Source of the DNA: Trichoplax sp. H2
Taxonomy: Eukaryota
Direction: 5' to 3'
NCBI GenBank assembly: GCA_003344405.1
Contig: NOWV01000108.1
Location: 124,001 to 188,000, forward strand
DNA length: 64,000 nt
Part shown: in pieces, positions 13,501 through 27,300 of the stretch
How positions within the stretch are numbered: position 1 is the stretch's first letter
How the letters are laid out: every line of letters starts with the position of its first letter
Program-made: the position numbers and the translations under genes
Notes under the pieces: model-generated
The model's database searches: none
Told to the model about the DNA's origin: nothing
Seen by the model: only the letters and a program-made list of their open reading frames with translations

Positions 13501-16500
13501 TTTCAGCTTCATTGTGGATACTGATTTTAGCTTTAATATAGCAAAAGTAATTTTTTCTCTATGATTGAGTAAACGAGTTTTTAGGCATCAGATACGCGAG
13601 TTCTAAGCATTGGTTTTTATCTCCCATTATTCATACCTATCAAGTACTATAGGCTACATAATTGAGAAATAATTTCTCAATTCTCAGATTGAAACATTGG
13701 TAGCAGTAAATTTACAAACAATCAATAGTATCATTACTATGCTAATTCTATTAATTACATGATGCTAGCTGCTGTAGCGACTAGACCTGACTAGCGACCA
13801 TAAAGAAATGAGCACCGGTGGGGTTTTTTGTACTCTGTTCACGGTGGAATTGTATCTTTCAATAACATGTAGTAATTTTGACTTTCATCTTAGTTAATAC
13901 TGTATCAAAGTACACTACAAAAATAGGCGGGTTTACCGAATATTTCATCAATTTAAACCGTACGAGAGTCAAGTGGCTAAAGTGAATAAGCCTTTTTACC
14001 ATTATTTTTCTAATGTTACAGTACGTATGTCGCGCCCGCGTTAGAACTACTACAGTACTGTACTGTACTGTACAGTGATGTTGTCACCTAATATTCATTA
14101 CTGAAATGTTTAGACCTACTATAACAAGTTAAATTAATTCATTTACAACTAGACTTTCACCGTCGATCATAGAGAACTATCAACAGCTCCATAGCTAGCT
14201 TGTTCACTATAAGTGTGCAGTGTATCGGCGGAATTACCAGACATAGTCAGTAAATAAGACTTATACTTGACTTTTTGCCAGTTTCTTTAATCGCTTTACT
14301 TTTTCATTGAAATAACATTATGGCGTAATTAAAGACTACCGTAAGAACCCGTCCCAAACCAGCTACGATTCAATCATCGTAAGTTAGCAATTAGAGTCAG
14401 TATTAGAAAATTAAAAAGATCGGGTCTATAATTTTACACAAACCAATCAGGTGATGGCGTGAAGTATGATTACTAATACTGTCTGCCGTTATTGTAAACT
14501 AGCAATAGTAAATTGGATAATATAATTATTAAATAAAAGTATAAGATCATCATAATAACAGCTATGTAGTCAAGGTGTCAAGGCAGTCGATATCGAGTCG
14601 GGATACAAGTAAACAATATTACTGTATCCTAAGTAGTGTTGAAGTCATAAAAAGAAAAGAAATTAAAACGGAAGGTAAATTTTATTATGAAATGTCCTAT
14701 TGAATGATGCGTTTGCTCTTTGATCTAGCACTAGCAGAAACTTGTTCGGTCATCGAATATTAAGGAGAGCATGTGTTAAGAGTATCGTAGTTACAGTAGA
14801 AAAAATTTCCAATCTATAATAATTGAATTAATTAATTAACGTACTACGGTAATATCAGTAACAGCACAGGACATAACAATTGGGATTTGAAATACTAAAT
14901 CGAAATGCAGACGCAAAGTTCTTTTTCTGGCTATCATTTTACTACAAAACTGATTGATAACTTTGCCGCTTTATCCTGGAAATAAGAATTTTCCAGTAGA
15001 ACTATCCTAATCCTCACATTAGTAAGATGGACGAGAGATCAACTTAAGCAAGACATCAAGTTGATTCCATTTTTAATACCGCACCAGTTGATATTTCAAT
15101 ATTAAACCTGATCGCATACATAAAGCTTAATTATTATCGATTACCATCACACCCAATACAACGTTATCTACAGTCGGTACCTAACCCTTATTGACGTTGA
15201 TTGTTTTTCCCTGTAGCGTACAAATTAAAGATCTCTTTGGGGACTGTGGTACAGTATAAATGTGCTAGTTTAAATACTGTAAATCGATTGCGTCAATAGG
15301 ATAAGATAGATAATGCAATCATTTATCTATTCCATTTGTGTTATCGCACAGCAGCAGGAGACCTAAATAGTGCTGCTTTAAACGTTTTATAATTTCACGG
15401 ATAGTAAGCGAAAAAAATGTCAAAATAATGATAATAAAGCAATCGTTCAATCTACTGAATAGAAATGGAGGATGAATACAGTAAGTATGAGTATTTACTC
15501 GTACTTTACTCTCTGTATTATTGGGTACTGCCTACATTGGTGGGCCATCCACGATGGCAAAATGGGATTCTAACGATCCAATTTTATTTTCATTAAACTT
15601 TTCAACTATAACTTATAAATGTTGATGAGTAAGATGCTACATCAAATCGACATTCTACAGGGATACTACTATAGATACGCCTAAAATGAAGGAACGAAAT
15701 GTCACCGGTTGTCAACTATAAACTCTTGACATGTGAATACGATGGCTTATATTTTTTCTTTTTCGGATTGGTACTGATCAATAATTATAATAATAATAAT
15801 AATAATTATTATGATAATAATCACTTACCGTTTTTACTGATGTCCAATTCCTTTAAAGAAGTTAAATTGGCGATATGAGATGGCAACTCACTTAGTCCAT
15901 TATCACTAACAGTAAATTTTTTCAACGTATGCAAGCTAAATAGTGTCTAAAATGGATAAAAAAGATGGCATTAAAAGAAAAGAATTATTCAAGATGCCGG
16001 CAGATAATGGTATCCATTAAAAGTAATAGGAAAATTGATTGAGATAAATTGCCAACAGTTAATCAGCATTTGTACTATACTGTATATGGGTACAGTGTGT
16101 ACAAGAGATATCAAAAGAAATATTGTCATCAATCGATAAAGTGGCTTAAAAATATATTATTAACTACTAAGGAAAGGGACTAATTACACTGTAATACGTT
16201 TGTTATCAATCTTATTTTCTGCCATGCATGCAATACTGTGGAACATGTTGTATTCAACAATTTAACCTTTAATAATAAAAGAAAGAAATGTAATACAAAA
16301 GTTATGGGTAGTAGAACACCTCTCTAAATCAATGTGCTGTACATGTATTCGTAGAACTTTTTCTTTATTCGTTTCGTTGAACAATTAATCAAGTATTAGC
16401 CAGGCAGCTATTTCGTCCTCAAATCAAATTCTTTTCGAGTTCGATCCATTGCAATGCTACTGTACTTTTGAACATAGTATGGACAGTATCGATAACGATG

Positions 16501-17190
16501 AGCTACAACGTCAAGAATTTTCCGATCATGTAAAGCTATGCTTACTATCACTGTAATATATTATTATTAAAATGGATGATTGAAAATGTAATGAAAGCAA
16601 TTCAAAGGCATCCTATAAAGCCATGTGAAAGTAATGGAAGAAATGTGTATCGTCGTTGACAATTTTTGTCTATTGCTACTCATTGACTACCGCGATAACT
16701 ACGCCAAGGTGTAAATTGTGGCAATGTTTTGCCATTGATGATTCTGTAAGGGGCTTGTTGACTTTGTGCTATCGGTCGAGCTATTTCTGCGTTTTCCAAT
16801 TGTGACGATTGAAGAAAATAGGATGATGTTGATGGTAAAGTAAAATTGGATAAAAAACAAAAATTGATGGGTTGCATGCTAACTTGTGGATAGCCTATGA
16901 TAGCTTTCGTACGTACGCAATGGGAAAATGCTCTACTGGGACACTAGTGTTTACTAACAAAAGTTGTTGAAAAATTTGAAGAAATTGATTTAGGGATTGG
17001 AAAAAGTGTTTCTTCTTACCTTTGGAAGATCTCGAATTTGATTGGAGTCTAAATATAATCTCTCTAAAATATTTTGGTAAGTTCCTTGTGATAGATCTGG
17101 TGGTATAAATTGCAAGCCACAATTACGATAGTCAATCAAGTCGTAACTATCGTTAGTCCGCTTGAATAATTTGGCTACTTTCTTGAACAT
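4519..17190 (-). CDS. ERBIN: LAP family protein (LRRs + LAPSD + long disordered linker + single C-terminal PDZ), Erbin/Densin-180 (LAP1) type, about 1544 aa
   Basis: Twenty exons splice in frame: 17190-17020, 15946-15829, 12300-12222, 11342-11253, 10923-10867, 10747-10684, 10185-10111, 9935-9718, 9615-9570, 9328-9245, 9141-9026, 8951-8882, 8689-8587, 8502-8375, 8310-8041, 7941-5437, 5319-5164, 5087-4995, 4897-4820, 4632-4519. Motifs: LRRs ([15 protein letters not shown]), LAPSD ([27 protein letters not shown]), RRTPYPKD, and an Erbin-like PDZ ([47 protein letters not shown]). ATG in gccATG context with an in-frame upstream stop. Probably co-orthologous to ERBIN/LRRC7. Confidence 0.92.
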
Positions 17191-17811
17191 GGCGCAATCA
17201 AAGTAGGATCAGAGAGAATGGACAAACTAATCTTGAATTGGACAATATCCTTTAGTCAATTTTGAGTAAAAAGATCGCCAGTTTGCCCTTGATTTCTTTG
17301 AATGATGACAATTTTTCACACGCACAGGTTGTGGAGTTGGTTATGGACTGGCAATGCCTGCACAATTAATTGAATAGTAAAAAGGAATAATTATTCAGTG
17401 ATGACTGATCATTATGACTAATATCACTGGCATCATTCTTCAGTCAAGGTAAACGATAGATTAATGGAACAAGTGTATGCCAAAAAAGCCCAAAAGAGTG
17501 ACACACAATATAGAGTCAAGCTCATTGCATCCCCTTGTTGTCGATTCAACAAGGAATTGTTGTATCAATCAAGTTGAACGATGGCTCATTGATCATCATT
17601 ATTACTATAATTATTTATTTTTACCTTGATGAGGAATGCGCCTAGCCAACAATGGACAGCAGCAATGCGAGTGGATGAGTCAGTTTACAGACGATTGCCG
17701 AGTCTATTGACTAATAACAAGTTGTCCAAAATGACTAGACACTGGCACTTTGAGCCGTAAAGTGCTAAGAGAATTAGCAAAGAGATCACACACACGCTGG
17801 ATCTCTTCCTT

Positions 17812-18001
17812 TCTCTCTCTCTCTCTCTCTCTTAACGTCTCTACTGTTCTTTGGTATTTACAGAAAGGGGTGAAAAACGGATTAGTCAATTAGAAGACTG
17901 TGATGTACATTTTGTCGACCCATTCCTACCAAAGGCTGAGCGTCGCATAATATTGTGGTTAATTTCTCTCTCTCTCTCTCTCTTCTCTCTTCTTCTTCTT
18001 C
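17812..18001. repeat. (CT)n and (CTT)n microsatellites upstream of the LAP gene
   Basis: (TC)n at about 17812-17832; (TC)n/(CTT)n at about 17965-18001. Confidence 0.85.
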
Positions 18002-20877
18002 TTGACTAACACAATCACGGCATTAGCCGTTAACCTTACTCATTTTCATTGAAGAAATGAATTCAGTGGCTAGTGAAATCTTTCAATGCCCTCTTTGAAA
18101 AAGATTGATGCGGCTAGTGGGTAAGTAAGTAATGGTTTAATGGGTTTTATCCCCTTTGACGGCGTATCCGATTTTTCCTTTAGCAGCACGTCAATGATGC
18201 GGGTCAACCTACTGTACGGTACGTTGGTCAGGTCTGTATCGGACAGTAGCGTACGATCGGTGGTCATCCATTGGTCATCGTTTGTGTGTGTGTATTTAAC
18301 GGCTTGGAAGCGGTATCTTGGAGTCAATCGACTACTTGACTACCCATACGCTATCGGATAGACGATACTAAGAGAAGGAAATTAATCGCACTAGCTTGTA
18401 CTATATGCAATAGCGTATCCGTCGTACCTTTGTATTTTGATAGGACGCTGTATGTACATTGTACAGTATAGTGCTGGAAAATGCTGTCGGCACTTTCTTT
18501 CAACAGTAACCTTTCCCCGATACGTTTACTTCTTGGGTATGTTGGCCTATTTTTTCTCATTCTACTTGATACGATAGTGTCTTCGTTGTCAACAATCCCT
18601 AGTCTTACTTTCACCTCAAGCGATATCAATCGGTGTGTAGCCTAGAATGAATGCCAACATAGCACTGACTCCCACTAACCTATTCACTCAGTCAAATCGA
18701 TGGTAGAACTCCCTAGAGACCGCCCAATTAAGCCTGTCATCATGGATCCATTCTACGATTACTGTATTGCTAGTGCTATGCTCGAGCGTTGAGCCTATTT
18801 CTCCAACACCATGTATACTACTAGTATTGCGATAGTCTTACTCGATCTATCGTGCCCAAACACTAAATCTGTAAAATCATTCTTCATTTCTTGTACTGAC
18901 AAGACGATGACCACGACCACAAGCAGATCGACGCATCAAGCTTGAAAGCCATTGCAAAATCAATGGATGCCGGTGACAATAACGTGTGTCCAACTGAACC
19001 ACGACCGTAGTCATGTCATGCAAGAACGATCGATATGTCGCGCAATGTGACTGTTGCATTTTTTTTTTTCCTTGCCTCGTTACTACTACAACAACTGGTA
19101 AGCCTACGATCCAATACAAGCAAGATGGAGGCACGTAGAAGGGAAAAGTTCAAATAATAAATTCATCAATCTCAGATTCTATACTGAGATAATCAAATAA
19201 ACATTGGGTATACTGTCAATAAAATGTGCCACATTCATTTTTTATATCACCGACTACCAAGGCATTGGCATTGGCTTCAGTCGAGTAGAGAGTGTGTCAA
19301 GGACGAGTTGTCCAAGTCGAGTACAAGTCATACACAGTGCGCCTACGTTATACAGATAGAGTGCGCTTCAGCCTGGCCAAATACAGTGAATCATCAGTAG
19401 GTTGAAGCGTACAGCGTTGTGATCAAAAGCTGTTTACTCGCCCATGGCGCCAACTTGGACCTATACAGTGGTCACTGTTGTCATATTGTCTGACGCCCAA
19501 ATCTATTATTGCCTTTTCGTCTACAGGTGTACAACGAGCACAACTACCAAGTACTTGTCTGTTTAGTCTGCTCGTCTGTGTTGTCCCTTTGGTGTGTACA
19601 CAGATGGCTTACTCCATGCAACAGTACCAGATAGGGAGCCTTGAAGCAGACATGGACCAGTATGTCAAAAGGATGGAGGTGTACCCCTGTACGCCTGCTG
19701 TCAACACTGGGACGGTTGATTTCAATCACGTGATATTCTGTTACGGTTACCAGTGGCATGGACTGTTGTGCTACTGTATACTGTACAGTGTACAGTATAC
19801 AGTACTGTAGTCTGCTGTACAGTACTGTACTGTACTTTATGACAGAAAAGACAAGCGGTAACAGACACACAGTGGATGTAACATTTAGACTGAGCGCGAT
19901 GGACACTCAGGCGTGGAGCTACTTTCAAAATTCGTCAATAATTAATTAATTGGCCATTTTTTCTCCATAGTGGACTGTATAAATGTATATACGTAACATA
20001 TATACTGTACTGTATACAGTAGAGTCAAAATAGAGATTCTCCATGCTTTTTAGCAAGGCATAGTGTATAGTGAGATGTGATTAATGAATATTAATATACC
20101 CTTTATTTATTTTAACCATTGGAAACAATAAAGCCAACGTCGATCATTCATTATAATTGTTATCGCTATTTGATCAAGGTCGAAGCGATCATGACAAAGT
20201 CTACCACGGTCAAGAGAGTTGCATCTTCAGGACATTAAAATCCTTTTGCTTGACGTTTACTTTCTGTCTACCATAAAATCACCTGTATCGTGATACATTC
20301 AGATCTCCGCTGTCTGTATGTACTGTAGAATGTAGATGTTGGGGTATCCAGTTATGCCGCCCTTCACAGATAATGTAGTCTTGTACCTCGATAACTAGAT
20401 GTTGAGCTCGGGATTGTAACTATTTCAATTTTAATTACTTAATCTACCATAATATACAGTACATCACTATCCACCAACATCATACCCGTTGCCTTGTCGA
20501 TTGCCAACGATAGTACTCCGCAATAGCGGTATTATCCATTTTGGAGATTCCCACCATTGTCCTTTTCATCTCCAAGAATGCAAATGATGCTGGAGGTATA
20601 GTGTCATCTATTTTCATGTTTTTTTTTTCTTCTTGATTCAATGAAAAGGATAAATAGACCGTAGAATAAAATAGGAATCCATTTCTAGCCTGGATCGAAT
20701 GTATTGCAGACTTGCAAACAGCCAGCCCATCTGTTGACATGCAATATTGACGCGTTCATATCGAAACGTCCTTCCTCTCTAGCGAATTGGTGACTACAGT
20801 ACTGTGCTTACTCCGCTATACCGTATAGCCGATGTGCATAACTTGAGTCGCAACAAAAGAATAGTCTTTTTCCTTGG

Positions 20878-21054
20878 CTCCGCCCCAAGCACGATGAGTC
20901 ATGTCATCGACTGAATTTCTTTCTTGAATGACTCATCCAGTACATGACTGTTCTCAAGCGTCACTCTACCCGAGCATGTCATCAATCATGCCATTCAAAT
21001 CACTGCCAAGTCACTACATTACCCAATACAATCATGGCCCTACGCATCCATTCC
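20878..21054. promoter_or_regulatory. Putative enhancer cluster upstream of the LAP gene (GC box, two AP-1 sites, TEAD-like site)
   Basis: CTCCGCCCC at 20878-20886, ATGAGTCAT at 20894-20902, ATGACTCAT at 20928-20936, CATTCC at 21049-21054. Confidence 0.35.
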
Positions 21055-21099
21055 ACGAAGATCTCGTAATATCTCAAGTTAATTAAAAATAAATTACTC

Positions 21100-22320
21100 T
21101 ACAAATGGCTCAGATCAATTCCAATGAAATGGAATTGATTTAATGGCTCAGCCAAATTATTTTTATTAGAGCCCTGCTGTGATTAAAGAGAGTAGAAAAA
21201 GATCTTTCATTTGCATTATGTTGATTGAGTAGGAAGAGTTTTACAATAATTTAATTTAATCAACCACAGCAGAATGAGCATGGCCTGATATTTTGATAGT
21301 CTATTTCAGCCATGATAAAGTAGAGTAGAAAAGATCTTTCTCTTTCAATCATGGACTACAGGAACAGACCATCTGTAAAATCACCATACAAATGGCTCAA
21401 CTAACTAGGGTTAGAGTCTAGCTACGATCGAAGAGGGTAGAAAAGATCTTTCATTTCAGTTACACTGACAGTGAGAGAATAGCCATTTCAGGACTCGATC
21501 AAAATGCATAGTTGGCCAGCCTAAAATCAATGAAACGACAGCAATATGAGTATGACCTAGTATTTTGACAGTCTATTTTAGCCATAATAGAGCAGAGTAG
21601 AATAGATCTTTCTATTCTATTTCAGTTGTGGATTACACTAACTGAGTAGTATGGTATCTATTTCAGGATTCAATCATTCAGTCTTCCCCCAAATTAATCA
21701 AACTATATCCAAAATTACGCAAACTACTATTTTTAGAGCTTATTCCACGCTTGAGAGTGACAAAGATCTTTACTTTGCAATCACTGACTACAGCAACTGG
21801 GTGGGTGGGATAGTATCTATTTCAGGATTTACTCATTTGGCCATCCCCAAAGTCAATCAAATTATAGCAGAAATAGAATAGGCTATTTTATGTCGCAATC
21901 ACTTATTATATCATCTGAATGGCATCGTACCCAGTCAGTTAATCAAACTACAGTATAGCCAGAAACAGTGTAGCCGACTATTTTGATAGTCTGTTTCAGC
22001 CACGATAGAGTACAAGAGAAATACATATCTCTACGCTTATTTCATTGGCCACAGCAACCGTGTGGCTAGCAAAGTATTAATCATTAATTAAATTGATTGA
22101 TTATATAATTATAGGATCCGTTTCACCAAGTAATCAATCACTCAATCGCCCATCCCCAAAATCAATCAGACTACAGCAGAAATAGCGTAATCTACTACTT
22201 TTAGAACTAGTTCCATACATAATAGTTGAAAAGATCTTGAAAATACGATTATGGACTGATTGCAATCACTGATTAACCATCTGCAAGGGATAGTATCCAA
22301 TTCAGGATTCAATCAATCTA
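21100..22320. repeat. Degenerate tandem repeat, about 7 units of 110-250 bp
   Basis: AGAGTAGAAAAGATCTTTC-like core at about 21188, 21322, 21435, 21594, 21754, 22007 and 22223; recurrent TATTTCAGGA(T/C)TC and TATTTTGA(T/C)AGTCT blocks. Confidence 0.75.
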
Positions 22321-24394
22321 GCTAGTTTTCAAATCACCAGCATTGCCGTACGGGATAAAATCGACCATCACTACTTGAAATGGACAAGCCTATGCCGAGT
22401 ACGCCATGAGCAGAACTCAATATGAAAAGTAATTACGGTAACCTTCTAAAATCAACATTCAAATTGCCAAAAGCTCAATTACGATAAGGATTCGTCATTA
22501 ACACCCCCAGATTGATTTCTATTAATAGCATTCGTTGTCTATAAGCAAATATACCATAAGTCGTATGAGTAAAAGTATGCTATATCAAATTATTAAAGAC
22601 CATTTTCCAAGTTATTAAAAAAATAACAGTTAAGGCAATACAAGCTCAATCCGATCAGAATATTATCCTGATTAATTAATAGACCATCGTATAGATGCAT
22701 TTTTAAAATAACCTAGCCAATTTATTTAATATTCACTTACGTATATATATATATATATAAAATTATCAGTTGAATAGCCCAATTTAACTTTTAGGGACTC
22801 TATTTTAATGGTAAAATATGGATAGCTTTAAACTTGTTTATAAAGATGTAATTGATCCAAAAAGAGTGAAATAAAAATTGAATGATTCTATAAACCAGCT
22901 AAAATAAATACCGGTTATGTCCTTATTACTCTATCTCCCCCAGCTTGAGCTAGATAACAAAGTACACACAATTTTATACTATGTCACTATAATTACTAAG
23001 TTGCTATACTACCCATTCTACAAACGAATTATTCATCCCCTAAAATTATTCGAGTACCTTAATTCTATATTGATCCTTACTTCAATTAGTATTATTGCCA
23101 GGTAAAATTTTATTTAATAAAGCATTCTAAAAATAGAGTATGGATAATCAAGCTAGCTTAAAAATAGAGCTGCAATTCACTGTGTGATACTTAGGCTGAT
23201 CATACTGGTATAAAATTCATTTAATTATATTTCATTTCATATCGAATAATAAAGATATTGATGTAATTATCTTGCAACTTAAACTCTACCCCATTTAGCA
23301 CAGCTGCACAGGTGACTATAATACAGTATCCTGGTCATAATCAAATTAGTTGAACATATACATGTGCATAAAGTATGCTTTATATTCTATCCTTCAATGA
23401 GTAGAAATTAAATCACTCTAGATCTACCGTAATACGCAGATATAACTGTACTGTATAGCTAGAATTTCCAACAATCAAATCGGTCTTGAAAACAGTTACC
23501 ATATGCAACGAGTATTCAAGTTAGGGAAAATAATTATATAAGCGTGTAAGTAGTGCCTGGCTATTACCGGGATATAAATAATGTCGAACGGTAATACTAT
23601 CTGTTAATTATTAACAAATAAGTACATTATCGTAAACCGTCAGCAAAGCGACGTGAGTTTGTACTAGTATTCTAATAAAAAATAGGTTATCCCAGATCAG
23701 ATAGAACTGATAAATAAAGACATAGCAATTGTAATAGCGCACTATGACATTGTCAATACCCAAAAATAAGAATATCATGTACCCTCCATCAGACCATTTT
23801 ATTAACACAAAATCACTGCATTCTAGTACTGATATTAACATAAAGTATAGCCATTGGAACTGTACATTGATCGGCTTAACATAGCAATAATTGATTAAAT
23901 AATATGAAAGTTTAGATAGTTTAAAGACAGGATTGACGCCAAATCTTGGATCATATAATTACAGCAAATAGCAACAACTAAATAATTACACTTATGCGAG
24001 AAAGCTGTAGACGATGTCAAATTCATCAGCCAGACAGAAAACAAAAATTGAATAACACCAATATTTTATATAAAATATAACCTACAGTATACTTTTTGCT
24101 GTACTTACTACGTATTATTATAGTACAATAAAAATTATTATCGTTATCCAAGAATACATCAAACGATTAATGTCTCACTTTATCTCTGGTAATATAGTTA
24201 ATAGTACTGTACGCTGATTTAAGAGACCGCATGATATCAAACATATTCAATCATTACCACTTTTATCGGTAATGAATAGATTGTAGTTACAATCGTATTC
24301 CAAAAGAAAGTTCATAGAAAGTACACAGATATCCTGTCTGGTATAGATCTACATCATAGAATAAAGCTAATACCTTTCATATAGATAATTTAAA

Positions 24395-27300
24395 TTATCG
24401 GGTAGCAGATATCCATGTTGTTGATTGTATCATTTCTTCATAGCCTGATTTTTCAGCAATTACTTCTAATGTGTTCAATTCGCTCTTTCCTAAATGAAAA
24501 TCACTGAATAATAATAAAAAGATAACAATTAAATGCAATAATTTAATCAGTTGTGATTGCATTTTTAGGAATAATGGTCTACTTTTCATTATAATCTAAC
24601 AAATTGACAATGCATACAAATTATTGAAATACAAGGCATATCGATTAGTACATATATTAATACACTAACAGGATAAAAAACCCAACAACACCATGTTAAC
24701 AAGCATTAATCGCCAATGGTATTACCTTAGGTTGTTTTTAAAGGCCACAATAAGACGCAAGATTGCAGCTTCAACGGCTATCAAGGTAATACACATCTCA
24801 ATTATTTCACTACATTAGAATAAGATAACTGATTGCTATTAAATTACCGGTTTTTAATTTATTACGATAAATTTCGCCGGGAATTCTTTTGATAGTCAGA
24901 GAACGGACTGGATTGGTGCTATAATTTTTCGATATAGACGATTGCTTCTCCATGACCTACAATTGATCAATGCATTAAACTAATTTAGCCATGCGAATTC
25001 TTATAGTATCGTAGTATTAATACTGAGAAAACGCCATACCTGGTACAATCGTATCAACATGCTCATGATGTCTTTGAGAGACTAACGAAATGTTAACAAA
25101 AAAAATTATACAATTATTCAAAAGTAACATCCAATCAACACTACAAGTATTAACATCATGTTTAATTACTTTTTGTACAACACCAAATTTATCTTCGTCA
25201 ATTGAAGCCACTGCGAGTAAAGATAGCGCTAGATGAGGAAATTGTAAGGTATAACTAATTAGAATATCATTACGGCAAATTACATTCAATCACTGCTTAA
25301 TAGACCAACCATCAATCGAAAAGATTTGCGGCTGGCAGTTACCATACAATTCATATAGGGAGGCTTCTGGTAGCTGTATAATAGTCATTGTATTTTCAAT
25401 GCATTTTTTAAATAATTATTTAACAGCTAAAGTTGATCTTACCTTATCGAGAAAATATCGTAAAATGAAGGAGTGCCGTAAACGAATTCTTATCTACGAT
25501 ATTAGCAATAATAAACTTAATAATTATGAATAGAAGATAAACCTAAAACAAAAAATACGCCTTCGCCATACGTTGACAAATCATGTTGTCGCAATTTATA
25601 AGACACTACAATTCTATTGCTATATTGTCTACTGGAATTAAATATTTAAAGCTGTCTACAAATTAATACAAACGGCTGATATTTCATGCACACAACTTCA
25701 ATTTACCTTTTGAGGAAAGGAAGCAATTTTGTAAGGAGCCATATAATACTGTATATATTGGATAAACAAAAAGCAATGGCATAAACATTGCTCTTAGCCG
25801 TGGTTCATATATTGTGAATATACGCGTACAAAGACAACATTAACATTATATTATCTATTTAGCAGTTTACCATTTCTAAAATTTTATTGTATGCAACAGT
25901 AACGTTGTCAATAATCCTCTGTCTAAAACTATTCCTTGATTTTCTTGCAACGGTATCTGAAAAATATAATTTTTTGCAAGGTCATTAATTACTTGCTCCT
26001 GATCAAAATTTGAATATTTTTTAAACTTGAGTAATCACTAGTTAGTTTACCTGGCGATCGCGACCAAATTCTGGAACCTATGTCTTTATTCCCTGACAGT
26101 GGAGAAGGAGTAGCTAATGTTGAGGTAAACAACATTCTCTCTGATATTGGTTCAGTATTCCGTCGTAGCCGTAAGGCTAGAATTTTAAAGACAAACAAAT
26201 AAATCACCTGTGCAATATTTACAAAAACAATTACTATAAAGTTTACCAGCATCAGGATTATCATGTAACATATTGTTATCCTCAGGTAAATCATCACGTA
26301 AGTCTGGAGGGTTGTGGCATATCATATCTGCAGCGCGTGTTACTCTTTGAATTAGATCTTCAACTACATCAAAACATTCAGTAGCTACAGCTTGCCAGTT
26401 TCGCGGATGACCACCTAACAAAGATTAAAGGATAGACATAGATTTAAGAGTATTATTAAAAACACTCATTCATCAAGAATTTATATAAGCGGAGATAGTA
26501 TTAATTTTAAAAACCAACCAGGATGGCTTAAACTAAAAATTTGTTGCCTTCTTTCAACTGCATGTCCCGACAGTAGAGCTAAATCTAAAAATCCTAGGTA
26601 CTAAAACGGTATATTAAATAATCATTAGTGGCGTTGTTACATTTATTATAAATCTACACAAAATATCTTTCATAATTAATCAATTACTAAATTCAAAACA
26701 TCTTTCATTTAGCAATGTAACGTCTTACTCTCAGTAACGGTATTTCTTTACACTGTAACGCCCAGGATAATGTACGAAATCTTTCATTAGCAAATTGAGA
26801 TTCAACAGGGAAAGTTAAGACCTTAAAGATAAAGACGTAAATAATATTTTATACTTCCTTCTTAATATGACTTAAATTGAGATGAAGTAATGTTACTTTA
26901 CCTGAGTTAAGAATATGTTTAGTAAGTTGTATGTTAAGTCCCATAGTAGAATGAGAATAGATCCAGTAAGTGTGAGAGTTAGAAATAATTTCAAATCCAA
27001 AAGTGAAATTATCGAAGCCATTGCAGATTCACTGATTTTAAAAATAAAACTCGGATTAGAAAGTTTCTGTTTATCTCCAAAGTAACATAGCGTTAACGAC
27101 ATGTACTGTATAAGTATGTTACCTCTTAGACGTGTGTAAAATGAATTCGGTATACTGAAGTAGAGTTTTACCTAATAGCGATTTACAATAGCATACACTC
27201 TATATAAATATGTATGTAAGTAAATCGAGTAAAATCATCCGTGTAGATATAATTACAAGTACTTACCCATTAAATAGTAGAAAATATAAAAGCCTCTGAG

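Noticed and set aside
18070-20740. Cluster of 60-120-aa ORFs upstream of the LAP gene
   Set aside because: No recognisable domains, mutual overlap on both strands, and low-complexity YSTVL/TVQY translations from TACAG repeats; expected by chance in less AT-rich DNA.
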